From assembly GCA_048938295.1 (NCBI GenBank), contig JBHLMI010000002.1, positions 90,001-122,000 on the forward strand: a stretch of 32,000 bases of DNA, read 5' to 3'. The notes under the pieces are model-generated. The model did no database searches and was not told the DNA's origin. It saw only the letters and a program-made list of their open reading frames with translations. Within the stretch, counting starts at the first letter, position 1; each line of letters begins with the position of its first letter. Positions 15,285 through 23,497 of the stretch are shown here, in pieces. Origin of the DNA: Promethearchaeota archaeon. GTDB taxonomy: Archaea; Asgardarchaeota; Hermodarchaeia; Hermodarchaeales; Hermodarchaeaceae. A program made the translations under genes and the position numbers.

Positions 15285-17795
15285 TTAGAACAGGTCATCA
15301 AGTTCATCTTCTCCTGGCATTTTCCCATGATCTTGTACATACTGTTGAAGGAGTTCAGTTTCCCGTTTTGTGTACATAGGATCTTCTTCAAACTGGAAGA
15401 ATTTGGCATTAGGTTGTTGGGTCATCTTCTCTTTCAGCGCTGCTTGAAGATCACCAGTTCCCTTGATAATTAAAACCGTCTTTTTCAAATCTGCGAGTAT
15501 AAATACACCAGGTCTTGATGGAATCTGATCAATTTGCTTTTCTTCAAAGATAAGCCAAGCTTCCGGAGGCATCGTAGGCGGAGTCAATAATAATCTAAGA
15601 TCACACTGTAGACAGCGCTGAGCCTCCTTTTGTGCCACTTCAAATGGAAGGGCTAGCTCAACCTCTTCAAAGGATGAAACACGGACATGCTTAGGAAGCA
15701 AGGGCAATTCTGCACGCTCCCATTTGAAGAAGCCCTCATCACGTCCCAATTGGTGGGTGATTTTTGGTTCACCCGTAAGACTCTCAACGAGGGAGCCTGT
15801 GCCACCCAAAAAGGTATCAATCTGTGAAGCAGCTTGACGGCCATTGGCCATTGCTTCCACTACAGAGGTGGGTCCTGTTACTACATCGCCAGCCGCGAAG
15901 ATCCCACTAACCTGGGTTTCCCAAGAGTTCTCTTTCGTTGCTAGAGTTCCCTTTTCTGTAATTTTCAATTCTATTCCATTATTAATTTTGGATAGATCAA
16001 CGGATTGGCCCACCGCAAAGAAAACAGTATCTGCGTTGATGGTTTGCGTGGTTTCTTCATCAAAGCTGGGATTGAAGCAACCTTTCTCATCAAAAACACA
16101 GGTACACCTTATTAATTCAATCCCCGCAACCTTTCCACCTTCTCCAAGAATCCGTTGAGGTCCCCAGGACGTTTGAAGCTCAACACCTTCATCCACTGCT
16201 TCAGAAACTTCCCATTCATGCGCTGGCATTTCTACATCTGTTTCTAAACAGGTAAGCATCACTTTTTCAGCGCCTAAACGGATAGAGGTCCGCGCAACAT
16301 CAATTGCCACACTTCCGCCACCAACAACAATGACATCATTCCCAAGATCTGGTTTCTCTCCTGTATTCACTTTTCTCAAGAAGTCTAATCCATTAAACAC
16401 ACCGGAGAGATCATGACCCTCAATCAATAGATCTTTACCCGCTTGTGTCCCGATGGCGAGTAGTACAGCATCAAAGTCGTCTTTTAGTTGAGGAACAGAG
16501 ATTTCAACACCAATGGGAGTTTCTGTTCTAATCTTTACACCCATTTTGGTAAGAACTTGAATATCAGCATCTAACACTGTTCGTGGTAGCCGATAGGTGG
16601 GAATCCCAGATCGAAGCATTCCTCCTGGTTCCTTTTGCGCCTCAAAGATGGTTACATCATGGCCTAATCGCGCGAGGTAGAAAGCAGCACTTAGACTAGA
16701 AGGCCCAGATCCGACAATTCCTACACGTTTTCCTGTTGACGTGGAAATTGATAGCTCTGATTGCCATTGACCAGTATCATTCTCAATAGCAGTTCGTTTG
16801 AGTCCCAAAATGCATAAAGCCCCATTGAGATCTGTTCGCCGACATTTCTCTTCACAAGGATGATGGCATACATGACCTAACACGGATGGGAGTGCAGCCT
16901 TTTCGCGAATAACTGCTGTAGCTTGTGTATAATCACCTACCGCTACCAGACGGAGGTATCGTGGAATATCAATTTGCAGGGGGCAGCTATTGACACAGGG
17001 AAGCAATACAGCCTCTCGATCAGCCCAGATAACTTTTTGATCTAATAGTGCACCAGTGGGACAAACCTCTACACAAGCCCCACAGAATTTACAGCCAGAT
17101 TCACCCAGACTTTGAGCTTTTGATCCAACGATTAATTGCTTCCCGTCAAAAGCCATCCCTAATGCATCAATGCCACGAAGGTCTCTGCAGGCTCTAATAC
17201 AACGAGTGCATCCAATGCATAGATTGTAGTTGCGGATGATTAATGGTTCATCTTCAATTTTCGGAAGCTTTTGGGGAACGTAACGGGGGGTATCTTCCCG
17301 AATGCCCACATATTCTGCGACCTTCTGCAGTTCACAACGTCCAAATTTCTCGCAACATCTTTCATCAACGGGAACATTGGGTGGGCAAGGCTCACGGGCA
17401 CACCCTTCTCGTTGTGCACAGGTTAAACATGCATGGGGGTGAGTAGATAATATTGAAACTAACTTTTCTTGACGGTGTGCAACAATTGCTGGCGTGACAG
17501 TAAACACAACCATTCCTTCCTCAACAAGGGTATCACAAGCTTGAAGAATTCCATCCCGTCCTTCGATTTCAATTGCACAGAGACCACAGCCCTCATACAC
17601 TACATTCTCTCCAATGTTTTTAATTTCTTGACTCCCACGAAAGACATTACCAGTGGTTTTGGTTCCCACTCCAGATGGCAAATCGGGATGGTAACACAAG
17701 CGAGGAATGTACACATCCACAGACTCAGCTGCAATTAGTAAGTTCGAGCCCGCATCTACTTCAGCTTCTATACCATTTATTGTCAATTTTACCAT
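15285..17795 (-). CDS. bzdV: BzdV-like multi-domain Fe-S flavoprotein (NuoG/HydA-like Fe-S N-terminus, GltD/NfnB-like FAD/NAD(P) core, GIY-YIG-like C-terminal domain)
   Basis: LCYHPDL...GCGLC...QAC [2Fe-2S]; HPHACLTC...C; CIGCTRCIRAC and CKFCGACVEVCP; PCVNSCP...GHVCHHPCEEKCRR; GSGPSSL; GGGSVAID; FAAGDVVTGP; EAQRCLQC. Position after bzdM matches bzd clusters. Confidence 0.85.
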   Translation of the reverse strand: MVKLTINGIEAEVDAGSNLLIAAESVDVYIPRLCYHPDLPSGVGTKTTGNVFRGSQEIKNIGENVVYEGCGLCAIEIEGRDGILQACDTLVEEGMVVFTVTPAIVAHRQEKLVSILSTHPHACLTCAQREGCAREPCPPNVPVDERCCEKFGRCELQKVAEYVGIREDTPRYVPQKLPKIEDEPLIIRNYNLCIGCTRCIRACRDLRGIDALGMAFDGKQLIVGSKAQSLGESGCKFCGACVEVCPTGALLDQKVIWADREAVLLPCVNSCPLQIDIPRYLRLVAVGDYTQATAVIREKAALPSVLGHVCHHPCEEKCRRTDLNGALCILGLKRTAIENDTGQWQSELSISTSTGKRVGIVGSGPSSLSAAFYLARLGHDVTIFEAQKEPGGMLRSGIPTYRLPRTVLDADIQVLTKMGVKIRTETPIGVEISVPQLKDDFDAVLLAIGTQAGKDLLIEGHDLSGVFNGLDFLRKVNTGEKPDLGNDVIVVGGGSVAIDVARTSIRLGAEKVMLTCLETDVEMPAHEWEVSEAVDEGVELQTSWGPQRILGEGGKVAGIELIRCTCVFDEKGCFNPSFDEETTQTINADTVFFAVGQSVDLSKINNGIELKITEKGTLATKENSWETQVSGIFAAGDVVTGPTSVVEAMANGRQAASQIDTFLGGTGSLVESLTGEPKITHQLGRDEGFFKWERAELPLLPKHVRVSSFEEVELALPFEVAQKEAQRCLQCDLRLLLTPPTMPPEAWLIFEEKQIDQIPSRPGVFILADLKKTVLIIKGTGDLQAALKEKMTQQPNAKFFQFEEDPMYTKRETELLQQYVQDHGKMPGEDELDDLF

Positions 17796-17860
17796 TGGCG
17801 TCCACCTTCTCAGAGGATCTTCAGAGCATAAAGTTGGAATAGGTGCCGATTGTATTGTGA

Positions 17861-18172
17861 TTAGAGCATTTGTCCTTTTGCAGTACTAAGGAAATGAGTA
17901 ATAGCATGTGTAGGGCACACTGATACGCAAGGGGGCTCATCGTCCCCACTTGTTGTCTTACATGGAGCACAACTGTACTTGAGTTTGTGTCGATGTTCCT
18001 CTCGGACACCCAAGATGTCACCATCATCAATATCGAAATCATTTGGAACAACTTCTAACACTGATGCAGGACAGACTTCAACACATTTTCCACACCCATC
18101 ACATTTGTCTGTATCCAAAGTGATGAAATATTCCCCCGATCCATCCTTGTACCCGTAATTTGCAATCAACAT
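17861..18172 (-). CDS. bzdM: Benzoyl-CoA reductase-associated ferredoxin (BzdM-like)
   Basis: IANYGYKDGSGEYFITLDTDKCDGCGKCVEVCP...YSCAPCK...PPCVSVCP. Directly downstream of bzdQ, with an AGGTGA RBS. Confidence 0.88.
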   Translation of the reverse strand: MLIANYGYKDGSGEYFITLDTDKCDGCGKCVEVCPASVLEVVPNDFDIDDGDILGVREEHRHKLKYSCAPCKTTSGDDEPPCVSVCPTHAITHFLSTAKGQML

Positions 18173-18187
18173 TATCACCTGGATAAA

Positions 18188-19087
18188 TTAACCTTGAGAG
18201 CGTTCGTAGAGCACCTTAGCAAACAGCGCGGCTCCTGCAGCCCCTGCCAGCATCGGATCAAATCGTGGGTCATCACGCCATTGGTCTGGTTTGAGGGCTT
18301 GAATTCCCAACTCCTTTTCAACACGTTTGACTATTCCAATGTTTTTAGCAATCCCACCTGTGATAACAAATTCTTTCTCGACGCCCACTCGATTTAACAA
18401 GTCAACGACACGATGGGCCATAGCCTGGCAATACGCGGCCAAAACCTCTTCTTTTGACCAACCACTGCGAAGAAGGCCCACAGCTTCAGACTTAGCAAAA
18501 ACTACACAGGTACTACTCACGGATTGGGGTTCCTCTTTTACTGCGAAGGATCGGTCTCCGACTTCTTGGATTGGAACAGAAAGCAAATCGGCAAACACTT
18601 CCATGCCTCGACCAGTTCCCGCTGCACACTTATCATTCATTAGGAAATTCTGGACCTTTCCTTTTTCATCAACGCGAATGGCTTTGCAATCCTGACCACC
18701 CATATCAAGAACCGTTCGAACAGAAGGCCCCCACATAAAATTAGCCCCACGACCGTGACAGGCAATTTCAGTAATTGCCTTTTGTGCGAAGGGGATATTT
18801 ACTCGCCCATACCCAGTTCCTACAACATAATTCATATCTTTGAGTGTCAGTCCTGTGTCCTCCAGAGCCCAGTTCATTGTCCGCTCAGCACTATCCGGAC
18901 TGCTTGAGCCTGTTCGCATGACACTCTGTGCAAATACTTCTCCGTCAATCATGATTACAGTCTTTGAGCTGACTGAACCAATATCGACCCCTGCACTGAT
19001 AACTTTTCCATTCTTGGGATCAATGCCTTCGACTGTGTGTCGGTATTCTGGCCATCTCCAGAATTCTTCTTTAGTCATTTTCATCAC
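18188..19087 (-). CDS. bzdQ: Benzoyl-CoA reductase (Bzd-type class I), ATPase/activase subunit Q
   Basis: N-terminal FWRWPE, GVDIGSVSSK, MRTG.SSPDSA, GTGYGRVN, TEIACHGRGAN, DMGGQDCKAI, MNDKCAAGTGRGMEV, STCVVFAKSE. Confidence 0.92.
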   Translation of the reverse strand: MMKMTKEEFWRWPEYRHTVEGIDPKNGKVISAGVDIGSVSSKTVIMIDGEVFAQSVMRTGSSSPDSAERTMNWALEDTGLTLKDMNYVVGTGYGRVNIPFAQKAITEIACHGRGANFMWGPSVRTVLDMGGQDCKAIRVDEKGKVQNFLMNDKCAAGTGRGMEVFADLLSVPIQEVGDRSFAVKEEPQSVSSTCVVFAKSEAVGLLRSGWSKEEVLAAYCQAMAHRVVDLLNRVGVEKEFVITGGIAKNIGIVKRVEKELGIQALKPDQWRDDPRFDPMLAGAAGAALFAKVLYERSQG

Positions 19088-19860
19088 TCCTTTGTTCTTT
19101 CCTGGGCTACCAGAGCAGCCCCATAAGCACTCACGTATTCAGGAAACTCAGGCACATGAACTTCTACTCCTAATCCCCGCTTCATTGAGTCCACAAAGCC
19201 CACATCATAAGCGAGTCCCCCAACCAAAAGGACGTCCTCAGTTATTCCCAACCTTCGAACCATTGAAATCACTCGTTCTGCAATCGCATCATGTATCGCA
19301 CGAGCAATGTTTGCTTTTGGGGTCTGATTATGAATAAGTGAGACGACTTCAGATTCCGCAAAGACCGTACATTGTGCATTCATCGGAACGGCTTCTGTGG
19401 CTTTCAATGACATTTGACCTATCTCACTTAATTCAACTTCCAGTGCTCGGGACATGGCTTCAACAAATGCCCCTGCTCCCGCTGCACACCTTTCATTCAC
19501 CACAAAGTCTTCCATACCCCCGGATTCATTACATTTGACAGCCCGTGCTTCCTCAGCCCCGACATCAATAATGGTCCGAGCTGACAATAACAACTTGACC
19601 CCTGCTTTGGCATTTGCCCCGACTTCGCTAATACTATCTGCTGCAAATTCTACTGACCCTTGGCCAATTCCGGTCTCTGTGATGTGGGCAATGTCTTCGA
19701 GCTTCAACCCTGCAGCCTTTAAAGCCATCTCTGAGGCTTCTTTAGCAGCAATATTGAGATCAAAGCCTGTTGATGCTTTTCCCTTTCCAACTATCTTTCC
19801 ATCATCGAGGATGACGACTTTTACGTTCTTTGCCCCAAAGTCAATTCCGGCAGTAATCAT
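19084..19860 (-). CDS. bzdP: Benzoyl-CoA reductase (Bzd-type class I), ATPase/activase subunit P
   Basis: TAGIDFGAK, DVGAEEARAV, NERCAAGAGAFVE, NAQCTVFAESEVVSL. ASKHA (BadF/BadG/BcrA/BcrD) fold, located between bzdO and bzdQ. Confidence 0.9.
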   Translation of the reverse strand: MITAGIDFGAKNVKVVILDDGKIVGKGKASTGFDLNIAAKEASEMALKAAGLKLEDIAHITETGIGQGSVEFAADSISEVGANAKAGVKLLLSARTIIDVGAEEARAVKCNESGGMEDFVVNERCAAGAGAFVEAMSRALEVELSEIGQMSLKATEAVPMNAQCTVFAESEVVSLIHNQTPKANIARAIHDAIAERVISMVRRLGITEDVLLVGGLAYDVGFVDSMKRGLGVEVHVPEFPEYVSAYGAALVAQERTKE

Positions 19861-19873
19861 TTTTGACTTCCTC

Positions 19874-21172
19874 TTATTTGACTCCTAATAATTCCAAGAA
19901 AGAATCCACGGCTTTCTTCGTGCGTTCCAAATCGAATTCTCTTTCATCACCCATATTTCCTTCAAAAGGAAGTACTGGGATGCCCGCTTCCTTGAAAGCG
20001 AGACGGTTCTCTGCGATGTTCAACGATAAACCTTCACATCCGCGATTATAATGCAACATAACGCCATCAACGTTCCATTCTCGAACAATGCGGAGCATCA
20101 TGTCACTTTTCTTTTGAGCGGAATAGAAGTGCTGCCATTCAGGTCGAGAATGGGTCCAATCAGCTAAAATCTCGAGTGCCTGTTTTCGGGTAGTAATATC
20201 AATTCCTTGCTCTTGTGGTGTCGTTCTGGGACCCCAAGTGCCATCTTCTTTCACTTCCCATGCTCCAATCAAACTAAAAGTGTAAAGCGATCCAACGGAC
20301 ACTACACCATATGATTCGAGATATCGGAAAATTTTAAGAAAAGCCCATGGAGGTTGGGTGTCTGTAATAACCCGGCGTTGTTCATTACCCACTGCGGCGA
20401 TTTTGTTATTGACGCGATCTTGGACTTCGTCCCGAAGTTTTCGATAGAAGGCTACAATCTCAGGTCGATGTTTCATGATAGTTCCAAATACATAGAGTGA
20501 ATACATCGTCTTTTCATCGAGTGGTGCCGGGATTGTTTTATTCAGAGCACAAATCTCTGCCCACAGGGAAGTGGCTTCACATTCGTTGTAAACCGCTTGG
20601 ATTAGTTTTTGATCATCATAATCCCGGCCAGTGGTTTTTTCGAGCCAATCTATGCCATCTAGCAATTGATTCACAACGTATTCTCGACGGCGCTCATTGA
20701 AATCCTCAGTAAGTCCTGTGCTCACATCAATACAAAAGAAAGGCACGCCGCCTTCTAGGTCGCTAGCGATTTGATACCATTTTGCGTGACTACAGCAAAT
20801 GTGAGTGGTCCACATGAAATCTGGTTTGGGAAATTTGCCACCAAATACGTATTCGTCTAACACGACTGAACCAAGATAGTTTCGTAAATATGCACACAGA
20901 TCTCGAGCAAATCCTTTTGCTTCAATAGCTTCATGGCATCGTGCTGCAAATTCTTTGTTGAATGCAACTGAAGCCCCATATGGTTCTCCAGTGAGACTCC
21001 ACACATCGTCACCTAGACCAGCAGGAACCGCACTATAAGCCCAGGCTCCACCTGCCCATCGGATTCCACCTTTCTCATGAGCTTTTGCATAATTATCATA
21101 GTATTGTTGTCGTAACGCTTTCCCTTCATTCCAGATATCCAAAGGTTTAGTCTTGTATTTCATCTCAGTCAT
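19874..21172 (-). CDS. bzdO: Benzoyl-CoA reductase (Bzd-type class I), subunit O
   Basis: [62 protein letters not shown]. 2-hydroxyacyl-CoA dehydratase D-component family. Confidence 0.93.
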   Translation of the reverse strand: MTEMKYKTKPLDIWNEGKALRQQYYDNYAKAHEKGGIRWAGGAWAYSAVPAGLGDDVWSLTGEPYGASVAFNKEFAARCHEAIEAKGFARDLCAYLRNYLGSVVLDEYVFGGKFPKPDFMWTTHICCSHAKWYQIASDLEGGVPFFCIDVSTGLTEDFNERRREYVVNQLLDGIDWLEKTTGRDYDDQKLIQAVYNECEATSLWAEICALNKTIPAPLDEKTMYSLYVFGTIMKHRPEIVAFYRKLRDEVQDRVNNKIAAVGNEQRRVITDTQPPWAFLKIFRYLESYGVVSVGSLYTFSLIGAWEVKEDGTWGPRTTPQEQGIDITTRKQALEILADWTHSRPEWQHFYSAQKKSDMMLRIVREWNVDGVMLHYNRGCEGLSLNIAENRLAFKEAGIPVLPFEGNMGDEREFDLERTKKAVDSFLELLGVK

Positions 21173-21181
21173 TTACTTCAC

Positions 21182-22306
21182 CTAAAACAGGTCGGGTAGT
21201 GCGAACGTTTCCAGAAACGCTTCAACACGAGTCTTAAACTGTCCAATTGGTACCGTTACATCAAATTCTAAGAAATAAGTTGGAATACCATTCTCTTCGA
21301 GCATTGAACGCAAAGCCGGCATATCTAATTCATGGGGATCACAGAACTTCTGTTGAATAACAAGGGCGCCTTCAACGTTGTAGTCTTTAGCCAGTTGCAA
21401 AATGTGTGGGAATCGTTTTCGAATAGGCCAGTCTTTACTAGGACAAGGAGGTCGATCAATGTACCTGGCAGAGATAGCAGCCAACCGGTCTTCTTGAGGT
21501 TCAACCGCGTTCCAGAAATATCGAGTGCCCGTACAATGTTCATCAACCACGAGTGTAGAATCTAATGACTCAACCATTTCCACAAATTCTGTGTCGTCAT
21601 CTTCACTTCCGATAATCATAAGACGAGTTCCAGTATTTCTGTCAAGTTTCCGAGTCGGTAATTCTTTTAGCACTTCTTCCAAAGCTTGATTGTGTTCTTC
21701 CTTATCGACCATTTGACTAGAAACAACCATGTACATTGCTTCGAGCCCAGTCAGAGGGGGATTTTCCTGTTTCCGAAACTCATAGACTTGTTTCATTAGT
21801 TGGCGATTCTTGTTCAAAACCTCGATACCTCGATCTATGTCATTATCCGAGATCGAGCGTCCAATCCATTTCTCCAAGGCTTTTTTGAAAACCTCCAGTT
21901 CTCCCCGTAAATATGGGTAAGCGTGTGGCGTTTGGACCCCATGGGGCATGTACATGTAATAACTGAAGTCTAGGGGAATGTGCTTGACCCAGCTATTGAA
22001 CGCTTGGCGGATATGCAGACACGATTGAGCAATCATGATACCATTGACGTAATCGAATCGACCTTTCAAACCTTGAGCCAAGCAGTCACGGCAAAAGGGA
22101 CAAAACATCCCAAAGATATGAGGTTCGGTTACATCCTGTGCCTCGTGACTGCCCAAGATGCGAACGGGAAGGATATCAGCAGCAAGAAGAAGTTCTTCGG
22201 GGACATAAGTACAGAAATAGCCGAGAACTTTTCCACCTGTTCGTTTTTTCCAAGCTTGTGCGTAGTCGTGTCGGTTAGTGTACCATTCTTTGAATTTTTC
22301 AAACAT
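21182..22306 (-). CDS. bzdN: Benzoyl-CoA reductase (Bzd-type class I), subunit N
   Basis: EWYTNRHDYA..WK.RTGGKV...CTYVPEEL, VTEPHIFGMFCPFCRDCLAQGL, HCTGTRYFWN, CPSKDWP, QQKFCDPHELD, GQFKTRVEAF. Probable start ATG 22306 (track GTG 22330). Confidence 0.93.
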   Translation of the reverse strand: MFEKFKEWYTNRHDYAQAWKKRTGGKVLGYFCTYVPEELLLAADILPVRILGSHEAQDVTEPHIFGMFCPFCRDCLAQGLKGRFDYVNGIMIAQSCLHIRQAFNSWVKHIPLDFSYYMYMPHGVQTPHAYPYLRGELEVFKKALEKWIGRSISDNDIDRGIEVLNKNRQLMKQVYEFRKQENPPLTGLEAMYMVVSSQMVDKEEHNQALEEVLKELPTRKLDRNTGTRLMIIGSEDDDTEFVEMVESLDSTLVVDEHCTGTRYFWNAVEPQEDRLAAISARYIDRPPCPSKDWPIRKRFPHILQLAKDYNVEGALVIQQKFCDPHELDMPALRSMLEENGIPTYFLEFDVTVPIGQFKTRVEAFLETFALPDLF

Positions 22307-22383
22307 CGGGATCTTCCTACCCTGAAACACACTTGGAGAAGGACGTGTTGTTCACGGCGTACCTGTGTGATACTCCTTAAGAA

Positions 22384-22435
22384 TTTTTGCAAAAACTTTT
22401 TATAATGATTGTTAATTATTCAACATTAATAAAAA
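22384..22435. promoter_or_regulatory. Divergent promoter region with palindromes (candidate operator and TATA boxes)
   Basis: Perfect palindrome TTTTTGCAAAAA at 22384-22395. Imperfect inverted repeat TTTTTAT-AATG-a-TTG...CAA-CATT-a-ATAAAAA at 22397-22435, whose arms are themselves TATA-like on opposite strands. Confidence 0.55.
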
Positions 22436-22477
22436 GAATTAGCATGAAGATGAACAAAACATCAAGGAGCTAATCAC

Positions 22478-22813
22478 TTGACCAATTGGTATACTCAAAA
22501 GACTCGAGACTTGCTTTCTGCAATCACTCACCCCTCACGCGTGGCGATTCTGGAATTCTTGTCTGACCGTGATTTTGGAACGAATAAATCATTTAGACAA
22601 CATCTCAAAACTTTACAACCTAAGGCTGGTGGTGATTCACCGGCAGTTGTTACCCATCATGTTGCTTTACTTGAAAAATCTGGTTTAGTTAAGCATTCAG
22701 TGGATGATGCTAGGGTTATAATTGCTACAGCGATGGGGCGTAGAATGATTCGATTGCTAAGACAAATGATATCAAATTCGGACTTAGAGCAGTCGTGGGA
22801 TCGGTCCCTTTAG
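22478..22813 (+). CDS. ArsR-like winged-helix transcriptional regulator
   Basis: THPSRVAILEFL...VVTHHVALLEKSGLV...TAMGRRMI. AGGAG RBS 8 nt before the TTG. Divergent from bzdN. Confidence 0.75.
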   Translation: MTNWYTQKTRDLLSAITHPSRVAILEFLSDRDFGTNKSFRQHLKTLQPKAGGDSPAVVTHHVALLEKSGLVKHSVDDARVIIATAMGRRMIRLLRQMISNSDLEQSWDRSL

Positions 22814-23454
22814 AGATTGAATCCTTGTTCGCGGAGCACTTGAGTTAGGTTCTTTCCTTGGTCTCGGGCTCGTTGTAGGAAAAATCGAAGGTAGCGATCG
22901 AAGAAAGGATTACTACCTTTTGCTGCGAGGGGTATTCCGAGGATCATGTCACCTTTTATTAGTCCTAATCGTTGGGCTGCCATTCCCACCGACCACATCA
23001 TTCGGTTATCGATGAAGTGTTGGGCGGCTACAGTTATTGCAGATGAGAGGGCAATCCCTAAATCCAGGATTTTAAAGGCACAAAGAGCCGTGGTTTTCTT
23101 TTGGCCAACCGCCTTTTCATAATCAGCACAGGTTTCGAATCCACAGGCTTTACAATCAAGGGTAAGGGGCGGGCGTTGGGCATGGATACCTATAAGGAAA
23201 ATGGCAGCACTTTCTTTTACAGCTTCAGCATCAGGTTCTAAAAACCAAAAGGTTTGACCAGTGAGGTCTTCTTGGCGCATCCTTTCGATTTCTTTGGCGG
23301 TTTGGTGAATTGTGGGTCCAGATACGATTTCAATTGTTAGATCATCGAAGCCTTTAGATTTGGGAGCAGTGGTTGCAGCTGCTGCCATTAGATTTGCTAC
23401 AGATTTAACTGCCTCGTTAGTGAGCGTCTCTCTTTTTGTTGGTATTTGATTCAC
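22810..23454 (-). CDS. DUF2148 / putative Fe-S protein
   Basis: AA.TAPK.KG.D, DA..V, CKACGFETC, CAFKILDLGIAL.SA, IDNRMM.SVG.AA, GIPL...G.NPFFDR. Confidence 0.88.
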   Translation of the reverse strand: MNQIPTKRETLTNEAVKSVANLMAAAATTAPKSKGFDDLTIEIVSGPTIHQTAKEIERMRQEDLTGQTFWFLEPDAEAVKESAAIFLIGIHAQRPPLTLDCKACGFETCADYEKAVGQKKTTALCAFKILDLGIALSSAITVAAQHFIDNRMMWSVGMAAQRLGLIKGDMILGIPLAAKGSNPFFDRYLRFFLQRARDQGKNLTQVLREQGFNL

Positions 23455-23497
23455 TCTTCTGAAGATTATTTTAAATGGTCGATAGTCTTGTGCGTGT

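Noticed and set aside
18188-19860. Two adjacent similar ATPase genes as a recent duplication
   Set aside because: The BzdP/BzdQ pair is the normal heterodimeric activase of class I BCR.
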